From a virus, in the IMG/VR virus record IMGVR_UViG_3300042691_030776: 64,000 nt of DNA; one strand, given 5' to 3'. The notes beneath the pieces were generated by a model. That model ran no database searches, was not told where the DNA came from, and saw only the letters and a program-made list of their open reading frames with translations. Positions 55,449 to 63,207 of this stretch are shown here, one piece after another (positions within the stretch are counted from its first letter, which is position 1; each line of letters opens with the position of its first letter). A program made the position numbers and the translations under genes.

Positions 55449-57063
55449 GTTTGACGTCTTTTATCTAACCACTCCAACTTATCGTTGGCCTCACGAGCGC
55501 CAAGCGAATAGTATTGAACACGCTTGTGAACTCAGCAGGACAAGATACTTATGGATAGTCGATGGGCTGAATGACTATTCTAACTTTGATTGGTTATGGG
55601 AACCCGTACCTTGGGAAGCACATCAAACTCATGTATGGCCTAGCCAACATCAGGAAAACGGTGGAACATATCTTGTACCCAAAACAGGCGTTAGCGAGAT
55701 AAACAGAAAGCATTGTCCTGTACCGCGTATTGGATCAGTGCCACGTATTGGAATAGATCACGGCAACGGGCTAGGCATAATGTGCAAGGAAAAATCTCGT
55801 TATATCTCTGACTACCTTGGCACCATGCGACGAGTTCTCAGCAAATGCAAACATGAATATGTCTGGATAGTCAGCAGTGTGTGTGACTACAGCACTTTTG
55901 ATTTTACATGGCACCCCAGCGAGTGGCAACAAGATATGCTACATGTATTTGCCAGTAACGAACAACAGTTCGGAGATACATTCTACGTACACGTTCCTAG
56001 CTTCCTTGCCAAAACAGAAAGTCTGGCCATACTAGAATGGTTTGAGACACTGAACTTTATCACTGATCGACCTGTGCCTAGGCTTCCAGTTCCTGTGTAT
56101 CGCCATGGTCACGACAGTCAAGTTCCTGCTGTATGGGAATATAACTTCCAGGACCCAGTGGTACTGTTTGTCAACAACGAATCTACTCCGGTAAACAATA
56201 TTCCTACTATGAGTCTTTGGAGAGAAAAAACCAAAACCATAGTACCATTGACACCGGGCGCCAGCTCTGTGCTAGTTCCCAGAGAAGCCAAGAACCATCT
56301 CAAGAAGCAGTTATACGATTATCCTCACGTTGATAAAACGCACAAAGATCTTGGAGAAGATCGTCCGTTGGATATAGTGTTTATTAGCAACGGAGAGCCC
56401 AATGCTGAACGCAACTGGACTACTCTATTAGAGGCCACTTACATGAAACCAAACAATGTGGTTCGCAGTGACGGAGTAAATGGGCGAGCGGCTGCCTATC
56501 ATGCCGCAGCCAATGCCAGCGGCACTGATTGGTTTTTTGCTGTGTTTGCCAAGCTCAGAGTCAATAGTGATTTTGATTGGTCCTGGCAGCCCGACCGCAT
56601 GCAACAGGCCAAACACTACATCTTTCATGCAAAAAATCCTGTAAATGGACTGATTTACGGACACCAGGCCATGATTGCTTACAATAAGAGATTAGTGTTA
56701 GCCAACCCAGGGCGCGGCCTGGACTTTACCTTAGATGATGAACATGAAGTAGTACCTATATTTTCTGGCACAGCAGAGTATGCTCATTCCAAATGGTCAG
56801 CATGGCGTACAGCATTCCGGGAGTGTTTGAAACTCAAAGGTCAGGAAGATGTAGAAAGTAAGTATCGCTTGAACAAGTGGTTGAACTTTGACAACACTGA
56901 TCAACACATAGTCAACGAAGATTGGAGCCGATGGGGTGCAGAGGATGCTGTGGCTTATTATGAAGAAGTAGACGGCAACTTTGATGCTCTCAAGAAGAGC
57001 TATGAATGGTCCTGGTTGGCCAGCTATGCCTTGCTCAAGCGCAATCTAACACCTGATCAATAA
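55447..57063 (+). CDS. Multi-repeat GT-A-like protein
   Basis: C-terminal domain homologous to 36369-37298 (LDIVFISNGEP, DGVNGRAAAYHAAA, AWRTAFRECLK); three W.V...FD[WF].W.P repeats. Confidence 0.6.
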   Translation: MFDVFYLTTPTYRWPHERQANSIEHACELSRTRYLWIVDGLNDYSNFDWLWEPVPWEAHQTHVWPSQHQENGGTYLVPKTGVSEINRKHCPVPRIGSVPRIGIDHGNGLGIMCKEKSRYISDYLGTMRRVLSKCKHEYVWIVSSVCDYSTFDFTWHPSEWQQDMLHVFASNEQQFGDTFYVHVPSFLAKTESLAILEWFETLNFITDRPVPRLPVPVYRHGHDSQVPAVWEYNFQDPVVLFVNNESTPVNNIPTMSLWREKTKTIVPLTPGASSVLVPREAKNHLKKQLYDYPHVDKTHKDLGEDRPLDIVFISNGEPNAERNWTTLLEATYMKPNNVVRSDGVNGRAAAYHAAANASGTDWFFAVFAKLRVNSDFDWSWQPDRMQQAKHYIFHAKNPVNGLIYGHQAMIAYNKRLVLANPGRGLDFTLDDEHEVVPIFSGTAEYAHSKWSAWRTAFRECLKLKGQEDVESKYRLNKWLNFDNTDQHIVNEDWSRWGAEDAVAYYEEVDGNFDALKKSYEWSWLASYALLKRNLTPDQ

Positions 57064-58129
57064 CATACTCAACTTCAAGATCTGTTAGTTCAGGGTACAA
57101 CGGCAGCGTCAACACACGGCGGCTCAGCGCCGAAGCACAACTCAAAATGTCTGGACCTTGATATTGTCGAAAGGTACCAATCTCGTGCAGTGGTTGTGTG
57201 TAATGTATTTTAGTTTCTATCTTCCGTACAGCAAGGTTTTTTTGTAGTATGTCTCTGTTGTTGACATCTATTACAAACTTGTGGTAAGCGTGATCGTGTC
57301 GGTTGTCTTGATCAATCAAACAACGGATATCCGATTGTTTTAATCGTTCAATCCAATAGCCAGCAATCTTCTGTCTACGTGTTTGCCATGCGTCAATGTA
57401 TCGAGTCTTGACCAACATGTGGGCACAATCAAGTTCACTCATACGACTGTTGGTTCCTGTTTCGTTGTGCGTGGTTTTACCATTGTCTCTCCAAGTTCGT
57501 ACAAAATCAAATATATCACGCTCGTTGGTCACAACAGCACCCCCGTTGCCATAGCAGGGTAGATTTTTCATAGGATCAAAACTGAGTGCGGCTGCCTTGC
57601 CAATACGCTGACAATCCGCGGCCAGCCAATGTTGAGCCGCATCTTCAATGACAATCTTATCGTTGAGAGTCCATTGTCTCCAGGTGCTGACGTCGCCCAT
57701 GTGTGTGATACCGGCACCGTACAGCCCAATCAGGACCACAGCTTGATAGCTGACATCGGGAATCTTTTTTATGTCGATCACACCATTGTGATCAGTGTCG
57801 ATAAAATGCACATTCCATCCTGCACGAATGAAAGCATTGGCAGTGGCCGCATAAGTCAAGCTAGGGATTAAAACTGTGGGAGGGCTGGGAGCTAGAGTAT
57901 CTGCGGCATAGTATTCAGCAATGGCTTCTAGTGCAGAAGTACCTGAGTGTACGCACACCGCATACTTTGCATGATTTTTTTTAGCTAGCCATGCTTCGAA
58001 CTCAGTGGTGTTATTACCGTTCATCAAGCTACCACTGCGAAGAACTTCGTCAGTGGCATCCAGTATCTCCTGCCGGAGATTGTTATACTGTTTTTTTAGA
58101 CCAGTAAACGGAATTGTTAAGCCACTCAT
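57035..58129 (-). CDS. DegT/DnrJ/EryC1/StrS PLP-dependent sugar aminotransferase
   Basis: SGTSAL, IEDAAQ, SFDPMKNL (PLP lysine), GNGGAVVT, GTNSRM, LTLPLYP. Confidence 0.92.
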   Translation of the reverse strand: MSGLTIPFTGLKKQYNNLRQEILDATDEVLRSGSLMNGNNTTEFEAWLAKKNHAKYAVCVHSGTSALEAIAEYYAADTLAPSPPTVLIPSLTYAATANAFIRAGWNVHFIDTDHNGVIDIKKIPDVSYQAVVLIGLYGAGITHMGDVSTWRQWTLNDKIVIEDAAQHWLAADCQRIGKAAALSFDPMKNLPCYGNGGAVVTNERDIFDFVRTWRDNGKTTHNETGTNSRMSELDCAHMLVKTRYIDAWQTRRQKIAGYWIERLKQSDIRCLIDQDNRHDHAYHKFVIDVNNRDILQKNLAVRKIETKIHYTQPLHEIGTFRQYQGPDILSCASALSRRVLTLPLYPELTDLEVEYVIDQVLDCA

Positions 58130-59057
58130 AATACCTTTGGAAGCCTTCTTCTACATCTACTTTGGGATCGTAGCCAAAATCTCTACGTGCGGCGTCAATG
58201 TTTAGAGCACCTCGACTAGGAAAATCAGCATCTTTGTCTCTGACTTCTATTGTGCCTTGCCCTACTATTTTTACAGCAAGGTTAGCCGCATCTAACAGCG
58301 TCCGACTATGACTCTTGGTGATGTTGTAGGTTTTGTTTGCAGTGTTATCGCTGAGAGCTGAGGACACTATACCATCGGCGGCGTCTTCTACATAGGTAAA
58401 ATCTAAAGTTTCGTTGGCACCGTTGACTTTGATTACACCGTTACGCATAGCAGTCAACAGAAACTTTGAAACAACACGATCTTCAACATCGTATTCTCCG
58501 TATACAGCGGAAGGACGAATAATGACATGATCAAAAAGATCACGCCTACTATAATCTCGGACAAGCCATTCTCCAGCAAGTTTCATGATACCGTATTGCC
58601 CTTGTGGACGGCACACAGCATCTTCTGTGACATCATCTGTGAAGTCTCCATAGACCATACTAGATGATATGTACACAAACTTATTTACACTGTGTTTCTT
58701 CGAAGCTTCTAGTAGATTGAGTAATCCTTCGCTCATGGCACGTGAGCCAATCATAGGATTTACATTCACTACTTTCTGACGGGGGAAGCTGGCCAGATGT
58801 ACTACAATGTCTGGACGATATGTTCTGAACATCCAGTCTATACCATCTTGATCAGCGATATCAATACCATGAACTCTGACATCGGGTATCTTTTTCCTAC
58901 GTTCCATCATAAGATAGTTTAGCTCGTCCTGTGGGACCAATCCATAGTTGGTTTTGGTATCCGTGACTGATACTTCATGTCCCTGGGTCATCAGACGTTG
59001 CACTACATTATGTCCGATCAATCCTAGACCGCCTGTTACTAAAATTTTTTGTTTCAT
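58083..59057 (-). CDS. NAD-dependent NDP-sugar epimerase/dehydratase (extended SDR)
   Basis: VTGGLGLIG, SSSMVYG, YGIMK (YxxxK), DFTYVED. Confidence 0.92.
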   Translation of the reverse strand: MKQKILVTGGLGLIGHNVVQRLMTQGHEVSVTDTKTNYGLVPQDELNYLMMERRKKIPDVRVHGIDIADQDGIDWMFRTYRPDIVVHLASFPRQKVVNVNPMIGSRAMSEGLLNLLEASKKHSVNKFVYISSSMVYGDFTDDVTEDAVCRPQGQYGIMKLAGEWLVRDYSRRDLFDHVIIRPSAVYGEYDVEDRVVSKFLLTAMRNGVIKVNGANETLDFTYVEDAADGIVSSALSDNTANKTYNITKSHSRTLLDAANLAVKIVGQGTIEVRDKDADFPSRGALNIDAARRDFGYDPKVDVEEGFQRYYEWLNNSVYWSKKTV

Positions 59058-60178
59058 ATCTGTTTCTCTTTAAGAGCATCCTCGATGTATTGTATAGCAA
59101 TATTTTCTTTGTTTTTATACAGTTCTTGTATCAATGTATAGTTTTGATCAAATCGAGACTTACATCGATGCCATTGGGCCAATGCTACTTCTCTATTTTC
59201 AAGTATTAGTCTATTAGAATTTATAGCAGTAACCATACGAGTATAGTGATCTTCAATGGTATCATAACCGTGATCAATCACGTCGTCAAATAGATCAAAT
59301 CCTAGTTTTCTCAAGTGATTTATTGACCCTGCCATACCAATGTAGATTGGAAAATTATAACCGTATACGCTATTGAGATATTTTTCTGTAATGATTCCAG
59401 ACCTATTGATAAAAACAGTTTCGGTCATGATGTCAACTATACTGTTACCAAATATATTGCGCAGATATCTATCAAAATTTGTGTGCGATCCTCTTGCAAT
59501 ACCTGCAGAATCTAGAAATTCATATTTGTTCTGGAAATACCCATCTACTGTTTTAACTTTATTAAATCCTTGTTGTAGCACAGGATAAAGAGAGGATATA
59601 GAATGAAGATATTCGTATTTGTTAATTTTAAAATATTTCAAAAATGATTTCCAGTCAGAATGCGGCATTATGGCTGCCGGATCTAATCTTATGTAACCAT
59701 GAGGTATATTTTCACCTAGCAACATCATTACACAGATGTTTCTATTCATTCGAATATTATTATTTAAACACACCCAGTGCCAGCCTTCGGAAAAAGTTTT
59801 AGCATCCACTGGATCAAGTTGATGATATTGGTTTATTGGATTTAGTAAAAAGTCTTCTCCCCATCGAATAATGTTTAAATTTTTGATTGCTGGAACTACT
59901 TCTTGCAAAAAAGGACAAACAGTCAACAGATAAAACATGTGATTGGGATTATTTTTTACAAGTTTTAACAAAACTTCAATCATTGTTTCAGATCGTCGAT
60001 CAACCGGAGTCAACAAAAATTCATCGTCGCCCCAATGGTCAACAGTCATTATGACAACATTTTTTTTACTTCGATCCCAGTCTTGATTTATAAAATTAAT
60101 AATACTTACATCATGATGAAATTTTGTTTTGAGATAGTCTTTGACACAACGAAAGGAGTTTCGAAAATCATAGTTCAT
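59054..60178 (-). CDS. GT10-like glycosyltransferase paralogue 7
   Basis: DIMTET...IITEKYLNS...FP...GFDLF..IDHGYD; AT-rich. Confidence 0.5.
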   Translation of the reverse strand: MNYDFRNSFRCVKDYLKTKFHHDVSIINFINQDWDRSKKNVVIMTVDHWGDDEFLLTPVDRRSETMIEVLLKLVKNNPNHMFYLLTVCPFLQEVVPAIKNLNIIRWGEDFLLNPINQYHQLDPVDAKTFSEGWHWVCLNNNIRMNRNICVMMLLGENIPHGYIRLDPAAIMPHSDWKSFLKYFKINKYEYLHSISSLYPVLQQGFNKVKTVDGYFQNKYEFLDSAGIARGSHTNFDRYLRNIFGNSIVDIMTETVFINRSGIITEKYLNSVYGYNFPIYIGMAGSINHLRKLGFDLFDDVIDHGYDTIEDHYTRMVTAINSNRLILENREVALAQWHRCKSRFDQNYTLIQELYKNKENIAIQYIEDALKEKQI

Positions 60179-60416
60179 ATTGATTCGCCCATCTCAGATA
60201 ATACTCCGTTGCTTTGATGTCTTCTAACTCACCGCGTATTGTAACTCTATGTCCAAACGTATTATGGTCGGCATGTGTGTAATATTTAAGGTCGGTCGCA
60301 TGGGCCATGACCCATTTTCCTTTGTCAGTTTGTTGCCATTCCCATATAGGTTGGGCGATGTAGATATCAAGGTCTTCTACATCGCCCATGGTGAAAGAAT
60401 GAAATATGACCTTCAT
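60168..60416 (-). CDS. Hypothetical protein
   Basis: First gene of the leftward operon; ATG 6 nt after the -10 box. Confidence 0.7.
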   Translation of the reverse strand: MKVIFHSFTMGDVEDLDIYIAQPIWEWQQTDKGKWVMAHATDLKYYTHADHNTFGHRVTIRGELEDIKATEYYLRWANQYEL

Positions 60417-60422
60417 AGTCAT

Positions 60423-60451
60423 ATTTTAACAGAGATGTTAAGAGTTTGCAA
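60423..60451 (-). promoter_or_regulatory. Sigma70-type extended -10 promoter of the leftward modification operon
   Basis: Minus strand TTGCAA-N17-TAAAAT with TGn. Confidence 0.65.
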
Positions 60452-61130
60452 CCAAGTCTGCAGCCATTGGAAATATTTCAGCAATGACTTTGGCGCAGGC
60501 ATGTGCGATTTGCATGTGTTCTTTTTGTGTGCCATTGCCGCCACGCAGTTCAATAAAATGTACCCAGCTACGCAAGGTACCATTCATGTACATACGGCTC
60601 ACAGTGAGCCCTTCGGGTAGCACAGCACGAGCTTGCTCTTTGGCAATACCGTTTTTGATGGCCCAGGCGTATTCTTGTTTGACAGAAAACAGCACACGTT
60701 TTTGAGCACGTTCCCATTCAATGGCCAGCAGTCGTTGTGCTTCATCAGATTGATCAATCTCTACACTGTTTTGTCTATTCTTTGTGTCCTGGAATCTTGC
60801 CTCACGTAACACAAACGCTTCGTCAAGCTCAGCTGTAGGATCAGCATATCGCTGGGAGAACTCTTGAAAGGAGAAACTTCTGTGACGTAAAATCTGTCGG
60901 GCAATGTCTCGGGTTGTCGTGATCTCACAGCAGGCTGAGACCATCTCAAGTGGCGACCAGTGTTTGTGTTTGACCAAGTATTTAATGAGTCGTTCTGATG
61001 TTTCTGTGTTGAATTGATTGGCTGGGTTGGAGACACGGGCGCAATACGCAATAAGTTCTTGCGCATCCTCGACACCCATGCCCCTAAACTCGCCAGTGGG
61101 CTGGGAGTAAGAGACAAGTTTAACATTCAT
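60438..61130 (-). CDS. thyX: Flavin-dependent thymidylate synthase
   Basis: HWSPLE, RQILRHRSFSFQEFSQRY (RHR-x7-S), EQARAVLP, LRSWVHF. Confidence 0.95.
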   Translation of the reverse strand: MNVKLVSYSQPTGEFRGMGVEDAQELIAYCARVSNPANQFNTETSERLIKYLVKHKHWSPLEMVSACCEITTTRDIARQILRHRSFSFQEFSQRYADPTAELDEAFVLREARFQDTKNRQNSVEIDQSDEAQRLLAIEWERAQKRVLFSVKQEYAWAIKNGIAKEQARAVLPEGLTVSRMYMNGTLRSWVHFIELRGGNGTQKEHMQIAHACAKVIAEIFPMAADLVANS

Positions 61131-61429
61131 AGTTTACTTAAGATTTTATCCGTAAAAGGCTGGATATGCTGGGCAACAGTTTTAACATCTATGACAAAGT
61201 CTACGTTGATGATATCTCGGCCACGTTCGGCCATGGCTCGTGCTACCACACCCTCAATGTCTTCCACATCAAGACCATTGCGTCTCAGCGTTTCTAGGTT
61301 GATGGTCTTTTGACGACCACCACGCAATTTTAGCGTGACTTTTTTGACACAGTCAATGGGAATATGCTCTTTGTCTACCGAACTTACAACATCTTCCCAT
61401 TTCTCTAGATCATCAACTTTGAGTTGCAT
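61127..61429 (-). CDS. Hypothetical protein (~100 aa)
   Basis: Coupled to thyX; start at MQLKV after GGTGG. Confidence 0.65.
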   Translation of the reverse strand: MQLKVDDLEKWEDVVSSVDKEHIPIDCVKKVTLKLRGGRQKTINLETLRRNGLDVEDIEGVVARAMAERGRDIINVDFVIDVKTVAQHIQPFTDKILSKL

Positions 61430-62099
61430 CCGCCACCTTCGCTTTCGCTGGACGACCGCGCTTGGGCGCAGTGGTGGTTTCTGGAGTGACTCCTTCAAGA
61501 GCCGCGGCTTCTTTGGCTAATCTGGCACTCTCGGCCAGCAAGCCCTTTGCCTCAGCTTCCATCTTGGCAGCCTGCTGACGGAAGTTTGCGGCCAACGCAC
61601 CGTCATCAAGAGCTTGATTGCTACCCATGAGATTTGAACGAGCTTGTGGTGGTGGACGCAGTTCGCGACCAAAGTCATCGCGTACTTTGGCCTTGCCAGT
61701 GATACCAGAGTTGGCATCTAGTTCGGCTAGTTTACTGATGGCCTGTTGTCCTTCTTTCATTTGACGAAGGATTGAGTTGAGTTCGCTGAGTTTGACAGAA
61801 GCACTGGGTGTAGGTGTAACTACAACAGTTTCTGTTTGCACTTTTTTCAGCATGCCTTCTGAGTGCAAGGCAACCAACATTGGACGACCGTCTGGGAACA
61901 TCTTGCTGTTGATGGCCATGGCCAAGTCTTCTGCTTGCTGTGCCTCGGGCGTTTCAATGGCCTTCATCAGGGCATCGTGCATATGAGTTGGAAGTACGTC
62001 AGGATAAACGACCAAACACATATGGTCCTCTCCGGGCACTTCTCTGAATACTATGGCTACCCTACGGTCGCCTTGTTTACCTACGTGTTTAATGAACAT
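61413..62099 (-). CDS. Hypothetical protein with C-terminal coiled coil and AT-hook-like KRGRP
   Basis: AGGAG RBS before MFIKHVGK; PKRGRPAK near the C-terminus. Confidence 0.7.
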   Translation of the reverse strand: MFIKHVGKQGDRRVAIVFREVPGEDHMCLVVYPDVLPTHMHDALMKAIETPEAQQAEDLAMAINSKMFPDGRPMLVALHSEGMLKKVQTETVVVTPTPSASVKLSELNSILRQMKEGQQAISKLAELDANSGITGKAKVRDDFGRELRPPPQARSNLMGSNQALDDGALAANFRQQAAKMEAEAKGLLAESARLAKEAAALEGVTPETTTAPKRGRPAKAKVADATQS

Positions 62100-62101
62100 G
62101 G

Positions 62102-62305
62102 TCATTCTCCTTTTGGTTCTTCGGGTTGTTGTGGTGTTTCTTGTGCCGCTTGCATCTGTGCTAGCCAAGCTGATAGTCGATCGTAACATTGACCAATCTG
62201 GCTCATTTCTTCTGCGCGAAAAGCACCGCGTTCACAGGCCACCTGTACTACGCTTTGGAGCATAATAAGATCTGATACTGCTAGGTTTACGGGTTGGTTT
62301 TCCAT
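62102..62305 (-). CDS. Small hypothetical protein
   Basis: Start MENQP, 5 nt after a TAAATA box. Confidence 0.65.
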   Translation of the reverse strand: MENQPVNLAVSDLIMLQSVVQVACERGAFRAEEMSQIGQCYDRLSAWLAQMQAAQETPQQPEEPKGE

Positions 62306-62310
62306 ACATC

Positions 62311-62316
62311 TATTTA
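62311..62316 (-). promoter_or_regulatory. Late promoter TAAATA
   Basis: Downstream of a terminator, directly before an ATG. Confidence 0.55.
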
Positions 62317-62350
62317 ATGGCAAAAAAGAAATAGACGTAGTTTATGTCAC

Positions 62351-62374
62351 AAAAAAACCGCCTTAGCGGCGGTT
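62351..62374 (-). terminator. Intrinsic terminator
   Basis: AACCGCC-N5-GGCGGTT hairpin followed by a U-run on the minus strand. Confidence 0.8.
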
Positions 62375-62417
62375 GTAGAAAAGGTTTTTGATCAGTTTAA
62401 CCTTTTTGATCTTTATT

Positions 62418-62762
62418 TCACGGGTTTTTGCCATGTTCTGCTATCAAGGCCTTCATCACATTGAATTTGTCGTACAAGTCTCGCAAACCAGGATGTTTTT
62501 CCATCATCATTTCGAGCTCTTCTTCTTCTTTCATTTTCCTGTATGCCCAGTCCAGTGTGGCTTGTGCTTCGGGACTGAGTCCAACATCTGCTGATCCACT
62601 CAAGGCCAGCCAAGCATTGCCGTCATAGACTTCTAGGTTTTGTGAGTTGGAGTTATAACGCACCATCCCGGCACTCATGGATCCTGGGCTGATGTACGGA
62701 CTTTGTGATGGACTGTAAACCGACATCCATCGCGGGCTCTGAGTAGTGATACTTTTGATCAT
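62418..62762 (-). CDS. Hypothetical protein (114 aa)
   Basis: ATGA-coupled to the upstream gene; GMVRYN...LEVYDG..W motif. Confidence 0.7.
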   Translation of the reverse strand: MIKSITTQSPRWMSVYSPSQSPYISPGSMSAGMVRYNSNSQNLEVYDGNAWLALSGSADVGLSPEAQATLDWAYRKMKEEEELEMMMEKHPGLRDLYDKFNVMKALIAEHGKNP

Positions 62763-63082
62763 CCCGACTGCTTCATTGATTCTAGTGTGATCATCTTACC
62801 CAGTTCTTTTTCAAACTCTTGATCGTCGGTGATAATATAATGGCGTTCGTTGTTGCGATCGGTCTTGCGATCATAACTGCGGAAGCTCACGATGAATCCA
62901 CCGATAACTTTTTTAACATTGATACGCAGGCCGTCTTCCCAACCGGTTGAGTCTTCTGCCACCGATAGTTGCATTTTTGCCCCTCGTATTTTGTTGACAT
63001 AGATATCTTGTTCTTCGAGCATATCTTTGTTTTCCCATGCCCACTTGCACTTACGAGCAAACCATAAATCAAACCACTTCAT
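62759..63082 (-). CDS. Hypothetical protein (107 aa)
   Basis: GGAGG RBS and TAATG coupling at 63082. Confidence 0.7.
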   Translation of the reverse strand: MKWFDLWFARKCKWAWENKDMLEEQDIYVNKIRGAKMQLSVAEDSTGWEDGLRINVKKVIGGFIVSFRSYDRKTDRNNERHYIITDDQEFEKELGKMITLESMKQSG

Positions 63083-63207
63083 TACTGCCTCCAACGTGTT
63101 TCTCGGATCTCACGGATCATCTTGGGAATAAAATCAGACAGGGCTGGTCCTAGGAACCAACCCAGCCAACAACCTACTGCAAAGTAAAGGAAGTTGACAA
63201 AGGTCAT
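63082..63207 (-). CDS. 41-aa membrane peptide MTFVNFLYFAVGCWLGWFLGPALSDFIPKMIREIRETRWRQ
   Basis: Not in the ORF track; GAGGAG RBS, ATGA and TAATG overlaps at its ends, one hydrophobic helix. Confidence 0.65.
   Translation of the reverse strand: MTFVNFLYFAVGCWLGWFLGPALSDFIPKMIREIRETRWRQ

Noticed and set aside
34120-60416. Host O-antigen/capsule locus, or a saxitoxin/aminoglycoside antibiotic cluster
   Set aside because: No Wzx/Wzy/ABC exporter, PKS-like SxtA or cyclitol synthase; the locus is embedded among phage genes, and only enzyme families are shared
60438-61130. thyX as a modified-base synthase feeding the locus
   Set aside because: Motifs are canonical for ThyX, and nothing in the sequence indicates altered chemistry
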